Origin: Callorhinchus milii
Taxonomy: Eukaryota
Assembly: GCF_018977255.1 (NCBI RefSeq)
Contig: NW_024704742.1
Coordinates: 2,110,001 to 2,174,000 of the forward strand
DNA: 64,000 nt
Direction: 5' to 3'
The notes under the pieces: model-generated
Told to the model about the DNA's origin: nothing
The model's input: the letters and a program-made list of their open reading frames with translations, nothing else
Database searches by the model: none
Shown here: one piece after another, positions 1-12,332 of the stretch
Layout of the letters: every line of letters starts with the position of its first letter
Numbering within the stretch: the first letter of the stretch is position 1
Program-made: the position numbers and the translations under genes

Positions 1-619
1 CTATCATCAGAACTCCCTTCCTGAGGATTGACTGGAATTCTAAAGGAATTCTGCAAATGATGCCTCTCTTTAAATAACTTTTACCACTGACGGTCACAGG
101 GAGATTGGTTTCTTTCGTTGCCAATGCTGTCTAGCGTTCTTTGACTCCGCTACTGCTTCAGAAAAGACAGCTTAGCTGATGTAGTGCATTAGCACAGAAG
201 CCCTGATGGATGACTCAACTGAGAGAGACATATGTTCTTTGCCAATTGTCTCATCTGCTTCCCTTCCGAAGGCGTTTTTAATTCATCAACCTCTGATCTG
301 AAAAGATCTTGTATCATCCTCCACCGTGACACTAAGCTTCCAGCTACAGGGAGAATCCAACACCAAATTGTAGTCAAGTAGCCTGTTACCAGTCGCTGTC
401 AAAGGCTTGTACAAGAATAACAATGTACAACTTGGCTGATGGGCCAGAGGAGGTCTGCTGCCTGCGAACCTGTACCTTCTTTGGTGGGAAGAGGAGTGCC
501 GAGGCACTCGAGAGGGCAGCGAGGGAGAAAAATGTAACGTTGAGACATTTGGCCTCAGCAGAATTTGATGAGCACGAGGATCTCCACAACTCTTCAAGGA
601 GGAGCATCAGTAGACAAGT

Positions 620-688
620 TAAGCACTCTGCAACGTTAACCTGCGTGAGGGGTGCTATATAAATCCAAGTTGTTGTTGTTGTTGTTGT
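620..688 (+). mobile_element. L2-type LINE 3' tail ending in (TTG)n
   Basis: AAGCACTCTG...GGGGTGCTATATAAATCCAAG(TTG)n; same tail architecture as the L2 ends at 3272 and 4148. Confidence 0.5.
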
Positions 689-1344
689 AATCGGTAAGGT
701 CAGAAGGAAGGTTACCTTCGCCATCCAGTGCTGTTGTTTGGCATCGCTGAATAAGTAATAAAATTCGACAGAAATTGTACTTTAATGCAGGTAATCGGAA
801 AACACAATGTATAATGAATGACGAATAGATGAGAATTGGCTTAGCAGGAGTGTGGTTAACGGCAATGGGGGCTGGCAGCTAAACTGGGACACGCCGGCTA
901 CGTTTCATCTACATCCGGAGATCCCGTGCACGGTCCGGCATTAGAAGGAGGAAATCCCACATGGAAACAGTTTAATGGACTGCTTTCTGGGAAGGTTGTG
1001 GTTTGCTGAAGAGAAAGCAAGACTGTTGGATAAAGGTCAACCAGCAAGGGTAAAATCTGCTTTCCTTTCAAACACTGTCACATAGCTCAGACACCACCAA
1101 CCCCCCTCCACACACACACACACACACACTTACACAGTGTGAGATGTCAGTCAACTGTCTGACTCTCTGAAGTGCTTTGAACCATCGCCATCCTCCTGAC
1201 ATGAAAGGCCCTAGATAAATGTAAATTGTTATTATAAATGACAACAATTGAACATATTTGATTCCATATTAATTGCTGCTTCGGCTGCAGATAAGCAAGA
1301 GCTGATTAGATCTGCGGGTAATTTGTGACATACTGTGACGCTCA

Positions 1345-1468
1345 CTATTTTCGCCAACAAAATACACAGTCAGTCGACTTTGCAATATATTCTGTTCTTT
1401 GCTTTGAGACGTCTCAATGATGTGATAAGGTGCTGTATCCAATGCAAGGATTATTATTACTATATTAT
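1345..1468 (+). mobile_element. SINE 3' fragment (L2-type tail, (TTA)n)
   Basis: Aligns by eye to the 3' third of the full-length copy at 22958. Confidence 0.75.
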
Positions 1469-1736
1469 AAGCGTTAAGGCATAGACGGAGGGTTGTTTTG
1501 GCTTTGTCACAGCGAACACTCGAGCCACATCGGATGGAGCGGAGATGTCAACATTAGACTGAAGAAAAATAGCTCTCATTCAGAAGTTGATGTCTGACAG
1601 GCAACTGGTCATATACACAATGGTTTGGGAGTCGAGGAAGAGAGATAGAGTTGGGTGTCATCTGATTACCATTGAAAATGTCCAGCACCCGATTTTCCTA
1701 AAGCAGCTCAGTGTGGCCTTCAGTTACATTGACATT

Positions 1737-1925
1737 ATTAATAATAATAATAATAATTTGATCTTTCAATCCATGACTGTTTGTGGGGACGCTGCTGTGC
1801 GCAATTGGCTGCCGGGTTTGGCCCACAAAAATATACAGTCAATTCGCTTTGCGGTATATTCTGTGAAGCGCTTTGAGTCGGTTCAACGGCGTGATAAGGC
1901 GCTCTAATCAAATGCAAGGGGTTAC
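1737..1925 (+). mobile_element. SINE 3' half
   Basis: CTGTTTGTGGGGACGCTGCTGTGCGCAATTGGCTGCC...GTGAAGCGCTTTGAG...CAAATGCAAGG as in full copies. Confidence 0.85.
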
Positions 1926-2873
1926 TGCGGTTTATGTAAAAGTGAGCCCCAGGTCTGTGGGTGATGTTGCCCTGCGTGAATATGCAGATAGTGAAGATGA
2001 GAGGACTGAGGAGAGAGCCATGAGGAGTGCCCGCATTTTATACTGTGGGGGCTGGAGGGGAAGTTGTTTGAAGCAACAAAGATGCTGGGTTCAGTAAGAC
2101 AGGACAGAACCGTGAAGAGAGGAGAGGCGGAGGAGAAGGATAGTGTGGCTAATACAGATTCTAATGGCGTTCTGCCAGTTGCTTTGTTTAGCTTTGGTTC
2201 ATAGGATTTGTGAGCTCTCCAATTGCTGTCGGTGTTAGAATACGTCTGATTCCTGGCACCGTAAATAGCCAGTTATTGTGGCATTTCCCACCTTGAATGT
2301 GTTAATCAATTTATGACGGCCATTTCAGTTGATTGATCATGCAGTGGTCCGCAACTATCCAATTCTCTCATGTGCCCCATTGACAGTGAACCTACTCCTA
2401 ATGCTAGGTTTTAAACCTAGCAGTCGATACTCTTTACTGTTTCCAATGTTTTGTCAATGTGTTTTATGCTCGTCAAAGGTTTAATGGCATTTTTTGGAAT
2501 GTTGACTGTGGTTGACATCTGGTGCATATCTGTAAGCCAGAAAAATATCATCAACATCTGCTGGAAACGTCTGTGCATTCCCATACTTCCTAGTTTCAGA
2601 ATTTGTCACTGATATAAAACTACAGGGAGCCAAGTTATTATTGACGAAGAGTCTGACTACCATGTACAGACAGGTTTATGGGAGTGACACGGACAGGTTG
2701 TACAGAGAATAGCAGATACCTGGGAATGATTTCAAGGCAGTAAACTAATCGAGAAGTATAGATAGTTTGCACACTGAATAACAGGTTCTGAGTTAGTGAT
2801 TACACGTCAATAATCTAGTAATAATGCAAACATTTTGCACAGAAGGATGACGCAAGTGGTACAGTATACTGTA

Positions 2874-2970
2874 AGTTGTTATAAGATCATAGACCTGAAA
2901 CATTAACTCATTTTCCTCTCTCTGTGGATGTTGCCTGGCCTGCTGCGTGTTCCCAGCGACTTCTGTGTTG
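2874..2970 (+). mobile_element. Degraded Penelope-like terminal-repeat fragment (decayed hammerhead)
   Basis: GACCTGAAACATTAACTC...GGATGTTGCCTGGCCTGCTGCGTGTTCCCAGCGACTTCTGT is homologous to the reverse complement of 46365-46450. Confidence 0.65.
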
Positions 2971-3271
2971 AAACTGTAAGATGTAGTGACTGTGGCTTTT
3001 AAGGGTTTCAGCTAAGACAAGGGAATCAAGAACACTAATCCACTGTACAAAGAGTTACAAGAATATGAACCTTGTTATCTCGGCAATAGATGGAGTCAAG
3101 AGACAGATGAATACATATACTTGGCAAATGCAAGGATTATTATTAAATAAGGATATCGAGATATAGGAAAATGGGATCAAAGTGAGTTGCTGTTGAATAG
3201 TGCAGGCAAATATTAGAAATTATTCAGTTCATGTATATTTGCTGGTGTGTTAAGCAGCAGCAAAAATAACC

Positions 3272-3410
3272 ACAACAACTAGCATTTATACAGCACCCTT
3301 CACACAAAGTAGTGTCTTGGAGCACTTAACAGTGGCGGGGCATGGCGCTGAGCCAGGGCGGGAGAGAAAGAGGTGACTGTGAACACAGTTGAAGAGGAAG
3401 GTCCCTCTTT
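3272..3410 (-). mobile_element. Old L2 LINE 3' end
   Basis: Tail plus purine-rich (+ strand) segment homologous to 4148-4347. Confidence 0.55.
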
Positions 3411-4147
3411 GCCTATCTTCATCTGAAGATGAGCAAGGAGAGACTGAAGTAGAGATTTGCAAAACTGTGGGCTGTAGTGGCCGACGATGGTGGAGTATCA
3501 CTTTAATAGCAGGCACTTCAGTCACACGTCTCGTTTCTAAATTCACTTTATATGTTGACTTCAAGTCTCCACATGCTCCAATGCTCTTGATGCCTGATGA
3601 TGTTCACACAGAGGTTGTAATCTCCAACAGATTACTAAGAAATTTAATTTGCAACTCATTTTATGCAAGATTGACACAGGAAATGTGGAAAACAGATTGT
3701 TATTGGATATATAAACAGCAAATGCGTGTGCTAAAACAGTTTGCAACATAGCAAACAAAGGCTCGCATTGCATAGGGTTTAATCGAATAAAAGTGAATTA
3801 CGAGGAGAGGATAATGAAATGATGGGGGGGGTGAAAAAATTGTGATATGTGGTATGAAAATCACCACCCAGTGAATTATCATCTTACATCTCAATGTGAC
3901 TGTGACACTAAGCAGAACAATGAACAGACAAAAGTGGTGGTGGCATTACCATAAGGTGTTGTGTGATGTGTCTACTTTTTGACCTGTGTTAAAAGTTTAG
4001 AAAGTACAGTATATATATATATACTATATAGAAAGCGCTATATAGAAAGAACCTCACAACTTTGGTATTTAAAGGTCTTCCCTTTTGTGCTGGTGTTTTT
4101 CTACGCATGGGGAAGTGGAATCCCACTCTCCTGTTTGCTCCCCAAAG

Positions 4148-4347
4148 AACAAAAGACTTGCATTTATATAGCGCCCTTCGCGCAGGGCGGCATCTTGGAG
4201 TGCTTAAGAGTTGTGCCGTTGATGCCGAGGCAGGGAGAGAGTGGGTGGGTGGCTGTAGGCATGGCCGAAGAGAAAAGTCTTCAGGTAGGATCTGAAGAAG
4301 TTCGAAGAGAGAGTAAGGTGGAGGGATTGAGCCAAAGAGTTCCAGCG
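4148..4347 (-). mobile_element. Old L2 LINE 3' end
   Basis: Reverse complement gives GCTGGAACTC...CTGAAGACTTTTCTCTTCGGCC (WN..LKTFLF-like) then an L2-type tail. Confidence 0.65.
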
Positions 4348-4689
4348 GCACTCTTTATATTACTCTTTCTCTTCGAGCGTCCTCGATCATTCACCTGCAA
4401 TGTATGCAGTCATTACACTTTACAGTGTATCCTGTGAAGCACCTTGAGGTGTTTTGTCGATATAAGGCACTGTATCAAATGCAAGGATTATTATTATTTA
4501 AAAGAATTTACGGACTTTACTTCAAGTACACGTGTATCAGATAATTCCACCTTCCAACCACCTTCTGCATGAATGTAAGTAGTTTGCCCAACCCCTTTTT
4601 TTTACCTTTAATTCCTCTGTGATCGTCTTTAAACCAGCATTCAATAAACGGAGTAAGATATCCACGGAAGATGTGAATTGCTCAGCTCC

Positions 4690-4875
4690 AGAAGACTGGA
4701 AAGGCAGAATCAATCGTGACGTTTGAGAAAGAGATAGGCAAATACATGGGTAGTTGTTGTATTTAGGAATATTTTGAAAGGGTGAGGAAATAAACGATTC
4801 GCCAAGTATAACAAACTGATGGAACAGGCTCAGTGGGCTGAATGGCCTCCTGCTGTTGCTATTTTCCTATGCTCT
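4690..4875 (+). mobile_element. Old CR1-type 3' end
   Basis: TTTGAGAAAGAGATAGGCAAATACATG...GGGCTGAATGGCCTCCTGCTG, typical CR1 ORF2 end and 3' tail. Confidence 0.55.
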
Positions 4876-5214
4876 TAATGCAATATATTGTTACAGAGAG
4901 AGTATCAGTCGTCAAAGCTAGCAAAGGGAAATGTTACTGGGGAACAAGTGATTGATGGTAAGTACTGTTTCCAAAACAAAGTCATTTATTCTATATTCGG
5001 TGCCAGTAATATTCCATTTATTTCCGTCAAAAGTCCAGTTGTTTTCATTACTGGAAAGATTACTGTGCTCAATTGACTTATACGTTGAATTGAGGTCAAG
5101 TGCCCAGAACTCTAGCTCAAGGTCAGGATGCACTGGTCAGACAAAAGTGTAGAAAGTCATACTGTACTTTCTACACTTTTAACACACGTCAAAAAGTAGA
5201 CACATCACACTTTC

Positions 5215-5545
5215 AAAATAGCACCCAGTTCTGGTCGCTGCAGATTAAGGGGCTGCTCAGGTTCTCGAGGCAGTCCAGAGGAGATTAATGAGGATGATCC
5301 CTAGCGTTGGAGGAACGAGACATGCTCGATGATCACATAAACTAGGACTTTTCAACTTTGAAAACGCGTATCTCAAAGGGGGACCTTGCAGAGGTGCGTA
5401 CGATTTTCAATGCGATTGAGTACATAAACCCAGAACAATACTTTCAGATATGTCAGCGGAGGAGAACACGAGGGAATCGTTGTTCACACTTCCAGAGGAC
5501 AATTTCAGGCTGGAACAGGTTACTCAGAAGAGTGGCTGAGGCCAG
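5215..5545 (+). mobile_element. CR1-clade LINE ORF2 3' fragment, decayed
   Basis: Translations QFWS and KGDLAEVRTIFNAIEYINPEQYF...RTRG; homologous to 7145 and 36790 copies. Confidence 0.75.
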
Positions 5546-5649
5546 GGCAGGAGATGTAAAAGGTACTATCTAAGTGCCAGTTGTTGTTGCATCTGAGGCA
5601 GTGATTCCTTATTCCTGCTTTGTGAAGCGTCTTGGGGTATTTTAGCTAA

Positions 5650-5992
5650 GAAACAACAAATTACACTTGTGTAGCACCCCTTTCTGTCAGAAAAGGGCGC
5701 TGGACAGTAGGGTTTTTGGACCCGAATCAAAGAGGAAGGTCTTTAGAGGGGACTTGAAGGAGGCAAGAGAGGGGGTGAGGTGGAGGATAGAGTTTCTGAG
5801 TGTGGGGGCAGAGATGCTGAAATATCTACCACCAATGGTAAGTGCGGGAAACCTGAAGCAGACTGGTGTCTGCCGAGCGGAGGGAAAGGACAGGTTGATA
5901 AGGGGTAAGGAGGTCAGGAGAGTCGGGGGGGGGGGGCGGGGATCAAGACTGCGGAGGGCTCTCAAGGTGAGAAAGAGGGTTTTGTATTCGAG
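5650..5992 (-). mobile_element. L2 LINE 3' fragment
   Basis: ORF 5687-5998 contains TIGGRYFSISAPTLRNSI...SLASFKSPLKTFLFD, the L2 ORF2 C-terminus. Confidence 0.85.
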
Positions 5993-6084
5993 AGTCACTC
6001 ACTCAAAAAAATACCGCTGGCGTCACGTGAACTGCTGTAAAAATGCACCCAGCGAATGTTACATCTGCTCCAGTGCAGATCGGT

Positions 6085-6420
6085 ATCTGAGAAGGTTTTA
6101 CAAGCCAATGATTCCTTTCTCATTTATTCTTATTCAGTGTGTAGTTAATGACTGGAACGAAATTGCCAGGAAGGGTGGTCAAGGGGAGAAAGTAGAATTA
6201 ATTATTGAAAAGCAGCTTGATGCTGTGATGCGAATCTTGTTGTCAAATCCCACCACAGTTAAGGGCTCCGAGATAATACCTGTGTGAGGGCTGATATATA
6301 TATATATATTTGTCTATGTGTGTATGCAAGTTGTTGCTGTTGGCATTAGGCTAGGTATTCCTTAGGGATGAGATCAAATGGGCCGAGGGCTTATTTTATC
6401 TGAACCAATTTGGTGATCTT
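6085..6420 (+). mobile_element. CR1-clade 3' fragment
   Basis: VVNDWNEI...EKQLDAVM translation; homologous to 37180-37320. Confidence 0.6.
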
Positions 6421-7144
6421 GTGTGGCCTTTGTGGTAAGCTACAGAGTTGAGAAAATGAATTGAAGAAAAAAAATTTGAAAGATATCATCTACGATTCCC
6501 CCTTTCCATTCCCCGTTCATTTACACAGACGTACGAGGCAACAGCAGTTGCCCCCTGGATAGAGTAATCAATGAGCTTGTGCAGGCGAACGTTGCAATAG
6601 CAACAACATTGTGAATCGCTGCAATGTTGGGCGAGCTCTTTAGATAAATGTTACCTTCAAAAGGACTGCAGACCCTTCTGTAATTTTAATGCAAGTGTTA
6701 TCGATTTTCAGCATAGTTCTCCGTTCTTACAACAATAACATTGTCAGGGAAGTGTTGATCTCCCTATTTAAGGTTTATCTGTTGTCTTAATGTCTTGAAC
6801 TGAAATGTTCATTAACCTGTTGCCCCTTACATCCCTCTCACCCACCTCTGTCGACAAGACATGAAAGAAAAACATACATTGAGCTGAATAAAAATGACAG
6901 TACAATGGAGAAATCATAACCTAAAAGCAATATTTCTCAGCTGCACATGAAAAGATTCCTCCCTCAAAATCCTTTACAAAGTCAAGCTTTAGCCCTTTTT
7001 TTTTCCCCCTTCTGAATTGATTATTGATCAGAATATTTAAAGGGTTCTGATTTTACCGCACCTTTCACAATACCTCCCCGGATTTCGTCGGCAACAACCT
7101 CTCCTTAGTCCAGAAGGCTAATTGCTCTGTGTTAGTATTCAAAG

Positions 7145-7670
7145 ATAAAAGAGATCTATGGGTGTTAGTTGACTCATCACTCATGGTGTCAAAACCGGGT
7201 GAGGTGGCAATAAATAAGGCAAACGGGATTCTGGGCTACATTGCTAAATCAGTTGAGTTTCGATCCCCAGATGTCATACTCTGACTGTACAAGTGCTCTG
7301 GTCAAATTTCATGTAGAGCATTGCAAGTAGCTCTGACCATTGCGATATAAGGGGGCCTTAGAGGCAGTGCAGAGGAGAGCAAAAGGATGATTCCCAGAGT
7401 TATAGAGGAACGAGCTAAGAGGGACGATTATCTAAGCTTGAGTCTTGAAAGGAGATGCCCTCAGAGGGGATGCTGCAGAAGCGTATAAAGTGTTAAATGG
7501 GAATGAAAAAGTAAACCTCGATCAGTACTTTAAGATGCACCAAGATAGTAGGACAAGAGGACAGAGGTTTAAAGTTTCAAAGTGTCATTTCAAAATAGAC
7601 GCCCGGAAGTTTTGCTTTACTCAGAGGGTAATTAATGCCGGGAAAGATGATTCAAAGCGCTTTAAATTCT
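7145..7670 (+). mobile_element. CR1-clade LINE ORF2 fragment with stops/frameshifts
   Basis: AINKANGILGYIAKSVEFRSPDVIL* and LRGDAAEAYKVLNG...DSRTRGQRFK...RKFCFTQRVINA. Confidence 0.85.
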
Positions 7671-7674
7671 AAAA

Positions 7675-8012
7675 TGACTTTGCTGTGTGTATTTTATGGG
7701 CCAAACACAGCATTGTCCCAAAAGCAGCCGTGGAGTGAGTGGCCAATATTATTTGTGGGATTTGTTAGCCAGGACACCAGGAGAAGCTCCCTTCTCTCTT
7801 TGAATAGTCCCATGGGATCTTTCACCTGCACCCGAACAGACAGCTGGGACCTCAGTTTAACATCTCATCTGAAGGATGGCATCTCCCGACAGTGTAGCAA
7901 ACCCCCAGCGCTGCATTGGAGTGCCAGTTCAGACAAGGTCCCGGCATGGGGCTTGAACCCACAACCTTCTCATTCAGAGGCGAGAGCGCTACCGCTGAGT
8001 GAGGCTGTGACA
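7675..8012 (-). mobile_element. Deu-domain tRNA-derived SINE (SacSINE1/AmnSINE1-like)
   Basis: Reverse complement: tRNA-like head with GGTTCAAGCCCC, then CCTTCAGATGAGATGTTAAACTGAGGTCCC...AAAGATCCCATGG...GGTGTCCTGGC. Confidence 0.85.
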
Positions 8013-8249
8013 CTGTTTGCTATCTCCTCCTAATGTGAGACTTGAACTTGATTCAGAGGAGCGAGTCCTGCCAACTGAGCCAGGCTGAAAACCCTGACTT
8101 GAGGGGAGGGGGGGGAAGCACTGTAAAGCAGACACGCAAAAAAAAAAAGTTGTGCCAGAAATTTACTCAAGAAACCAAGTGGAAATTAAAAAAAAAATGA
8201 ACGAATGAATGAATGAATGAACTGAACTGAGCATTTTGCTGTGAGAAAA

Positions 8250-9500
8250 TTGATGCGGCTTTGTATTTTACGGCAACGGCGACAGCGTACACTTTTACGT
8301 GGGCTCCCGTTGATGTCGCTCATGTTTTCTCGCTTTCGTGGAGGCTGAACCCTTCCTCCAGCTTTAACCGTAGTCGCGTGACATATTTGTGGATCAGTCC
8401 TTGGTTTAAAAAAATCTCCGGGATAGAGTGTAAAAAGCCACAGCGGTTGTCATAGGAACACTTTTGCCCTGATGTCCAACATTAACCTCCACAGACAAAA
8501 TGCTCGATTTCGCCTCGGTTCTGGGGGAGTGCACAACAAGGCAACTGTTATTTACTTGGCTGAAATGTCCTTGTTCTGCAGCACAGTATTAAACCGTCAA
8601 ATTTGTGTCCACAACAAGACGTAAGATTGGTGAGGCTCATGACTCAACCCTCCCCCCCCCCCCCCCCACCCCACTTGCTCTGTTGCTCTCTCTTTAGCTC
8701 TGTGTCTCTTCGTCTACGGACACAACTCCGTCTCGTGCGTACTTGTGGCACCCGCACAGCGTTATCCATACTCAGTCTGATAACTGTTCAGTCTCATCTG
8801 TGCACTAATACTGTCTGGCACGCAGATGTCCCTGGGTGGCTTTTACCACTTCAATTTGTCCCAGCTTTCGCGTGAACTCCAATAATGTTGACAGTGCGCA
8901 GAGCGTGGGAACGGTGCCCGCAGGAGCTGGACGAATGCGAAACGATGGCGGAGTAAAATCTTTACAACAAGAGATTTCTTGAGAGTAGACTTTTCTTGTT
9001 CGATAAGCCTCGATTTGCAGAAGACTCCGGTGTGTGTCCAGGGCCTCCTCTGGCACTTGACCCGAGCTGGACGCGCAGATTTTGATCAGCCCGGCAGCAC
9101 AGCGCTCAGCGCACTCGCCTCGCAAGCGAGAGGAGGGTTGAAAACCAGGTGGTGGGTTTGCCAACTGAACCTTCGGGACCTGCTAAAGAGATTCGTTACC
9201 TCCTTTTACTGTCTATTGTCACGGCATTTATCCTTATTGCGCACGTTCCTGCTGCACCTCCCACCTACCCACCCACCCCCCCTGCTGCTCGTTGCTTTTC
9301 CTGTCTCTGTCCTTCTCCATTCCTTTCGCATGTCATTGATCCTTTGCTATGTTGTTGACAAAACGTGGGAGAGATTTGCTATCCTTTTCCATTCCACTGA
9401 GGTACGTAACAATGGACGCCTTCCCCAAGACGCCGCTTTCGTGTGTTTCGTGCGGCTTTACAGGGAATCTTGGCAGGCGATTCAGCTGTGCGAAGGGGCG
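8250..9500. promoter_or_regulatory. CpG-rich candidate promoter/enhancer
   Basis: CpG visibly denser than flanks; X-box-like GTTGTCATAGGAAC (8446-8459); YY1-like GATGGCGG (~8945); donor-like GAG|GTACGT at 9401/9402. Confidence 0.4.
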
Positions 9501-9534
9501 GGTGGGGTGGGGGACACTTAAGTGGGGGCTGAGA

Positions 9535-9790
9535 TATCATAAGTGATCCGAATCCTGTCCTCACCCAAAGTCCACACTCACCTTCTAATAATGGATCTGC
9601 GGATAGCAATCGGTAGCAAACATCATCAGAGGTTTCCCTTTCCCAAGTGCTGAGTGCACTGAGACCAATTGTAGAGCGTCAGCTTCTGTGCAGATGAGAC
9701 CAGCTAACTCAATACACAGCAGGGATTGAACCTGCAACCTTTGGTTTGCATGGCAGATACCCCCGAGGTCTCGGATGGTGCCGTTGTCCA
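9535..9790 (-). mobile_element. Ancient SINE-like family B copy
   Basis: Reverse complement GGTTCAATCCCTGCTGTGTATTGAGTTAGCTGGTCTC...TACAATTGGTCTCAGTGC...GGGTGAGGACAGGATTCGG; homologous to 24955, 29125, 36460. Confidence 0.65.
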
Positions 9791-11324
9791 CTAAGTTATC
9801 AAAGGGACTCCTGCTTCTTTGTCGATACTGGAGGCCTACAATTTCACTGAACCATGGCCTGTAAGACCAACTTTTCTCCACGCTTAAGAATTATGGAAAA
9901 TTGTTAGATCAATCTCAATTTGAAAACTGGTCCTTTTTTTTAAAAAAAAATCTGTGGAAAACCCTCTTACAAATTACACGTGCATTCAGAGAATTGTTCC
10001 CAATTCTGGACGGTCTTCAATTTTAAGGCCAAATGGTTCTTTTTTTTTTCTTCACAGGTCGATTTTCAGCCCTGGAGTTTCAGTGAGATTTCAGTTGAAA
10101 AAAATCTCAACCCGTTGATCAATTTTTCTTTCAACTTTTGAGTTCTTCCAGTTATCGTCGAGCAGTGAGAGGATTAAAAAAAAAAGGGGAAAATGCCATA
10201 TTCGAGGCGGTTTCTAGTTCATGTGCTCTTTGTTCTGTTTCGTTGTTTTCGATTTCCTCCTGTCTGCTGTTTAGCACTGGCTGCAACGATTAATGCTTTG
10301 CATTCCTTCCTTGCTCCACAATTTGCTTTATTCGCAGGGCACAGTGTACAGAAGTGTATCCTCTCGCAGACAGATATGTGAGTCTTTACCTCTGCTCTGT
10401 ATTGCATTTATTGACTGTGCGGAATATGCTGTAGCATGGCCGTTGAGAGTTAACCAAACCAGCCCCGATCTGGTGCCTTTCATTATTCCCTGAGTTCAGT
10501 TCGCCTCACTGCTTGCTGCCTCCCCTGCTTTGCGAGTATGGCTTGATGAGGACTACACTGCCATTGCTGTTGTGCATGACGAGAACAATGATTGATTCAT
10601 CCTGCGTAGAGAATGTAAAGAGTCTCCTCTCGGGCTAAACTAGGGACGCACAAGTAAAAGTATCAAATTCGACGCCGAGTGAGCGAGAACCTTTGAAACC
10701 TCAGCGGTCTGGAGATAAGAGTGCTTATCATGGAGGAGCTTCTTATGTCTGCTGAGATTTCTGGAACTATTATGAGATAAATATTCCTTTGCATTCTCTC
10801 CCTACTTGATTTGTCACGATCAACACAGAGCTTTTCTTTTTTTTGAAAGGCTTAATTTCAGCTTAATGCTTCTGTTGTTTTGCGCTTTGCTCTTTCATTT
10901 GCATTTGCAGATCATATTCTGATGTGACTCTTAAAGGAGCATCCTCATGGCAAACGTGTCCTGCAAGCCTGTTTTGCCATGTTTGCACTCCAGGCAGGGT
11001 GTAGTGACTCAGTGTTATTCATTGTATTGCTAAATGGCATCAATGGTGGATTTGAACTCCCATCACTTTTGCTGAAAGGAATCTTAAGAGAACTGCACTA
11101 AGAAGCTTTGTGCAGCAGGCTATATGTGAAGGCACACAAAAGCCTGTGGCGATAATGCTTTTCATAAACTGACTCTTTTTATTCCCCAGCCCTCTGATTC
11201 GTCTTTTGGGGCGGGGGGTGGTGGGGTGGTGTAAGCAGTCATTTTTACTGTTGGCTTCTGCAACGTTCCCTGGGTTGCTCAGTCACTTGTGCCCACCTGC
11301 ACATCCTTGATACAGTGGTATAAT

Positions 11325-11482
11325 AACAGTAATGATAATCCTTGCACTTGGCATCACGTCTTCGAGACGTCTCAAAGCGCTTCACAGAATATACTGTAAA
11401 GTGAATTGACTGTATATTTTGTGGGCGAAACATGGCAGCCAATTGCGCACAGCAGCGTCCCCACACAAACAGTCGTGGATTA
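11325..11482 (-). mobile_element. SINE 3' half
   Basis: Matches the 3' half of 44621-44999 (TCGAA loop variant). Confidence 0.85.
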
Positions 11483-12083
11483 AGACATATTAAGATCCTA
11501 GTCACATATCAGTGGTCAAATTCAACTCCTCCCTCCCGACAAGTCATTGATTTCTTCACTTTGAAGAGCTCCAGTGTAACCCTTCATTCAAACTCTTGTG
11601 TTTCACTTGAACTTGGCATTTATCTAGTAGAGTCAAGGTGGAATCCTAGACTTAAAACATTCAATGTTATTGAAGAGAAAACTGACTCAAATAAGTTCAA
11701 AATCTGCCTCGGGGAAGGCAGATTGCAGTAGGGTCTACAGCATGCGATGCCAAAGGTGACGGCTACAAGGACTGGGATGAATGAGCTGAGACGAGATGTG
11801 CCGCAGAGGGTGAGTGTTCGACGGCGTTAGTTATCAAACAAACAAATGTGTGGCTTTTTGCAGTGTGTTCATCTGTGCATTTCGGAACGTTGCCGGGGAA
11901 AGAGCTTTCAGAAAACCAACATCAGAATGAGCGACGCGTTTTAAGAATTTGACAAATTCTGAGCAGGATGCCTTAACAGAGCAAAGCCGCGTTGCTTGCC
12001 GCTGATATCGACGTCTGGCAGGCTTCCACGCTGCTTGTCCGGCAAGAACACGTCCTATCCATTAGGGCTTTGGTTTGCAGGGT

Positions 12084-12332
12084 TTAACAGGAGCTGAGCG
12101 GGTTGAATTCCTGAACCCCCCACCACCCCACCCCACCACCCCACCCACGTCTGCCTGTCCCAAGTGCTGTCATGATCCAGGCTGACTGATCTGCCATCAG
12201 CAGTGTCCTGGAGTACTGTGAACCCGACTTGGGTCATGAACTGGACTTTCGAGACCACCCGCCACAGAGGATTGGCTCGATTTCGGCATTCTGTTGTCCA
12301 GCAGGTCACCTTGTAGCCCAAACTGCCAGCAA
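12084..12332 (+). repeat. Unclassified GC-rich interspersed repeat, copy 1
   Basis: Collinear similarity with 14563-14762 and with the reverse complement of 39841-40040. Confidence 0.7.

Noticed and set aside
1..20. Minus-strand AGTT-CTGATGA at the window edge, like the hammerhead start at 46465
   Set aside because: Stem II and GAAA would fall outside the window and cannot be assessed
11740..11816. Donor site GG|GTGAGT suggesting an exon
   Set aside because: The sequence resembles the CR1-type 3' end at 6365-6390, so it is probably repeat-derived
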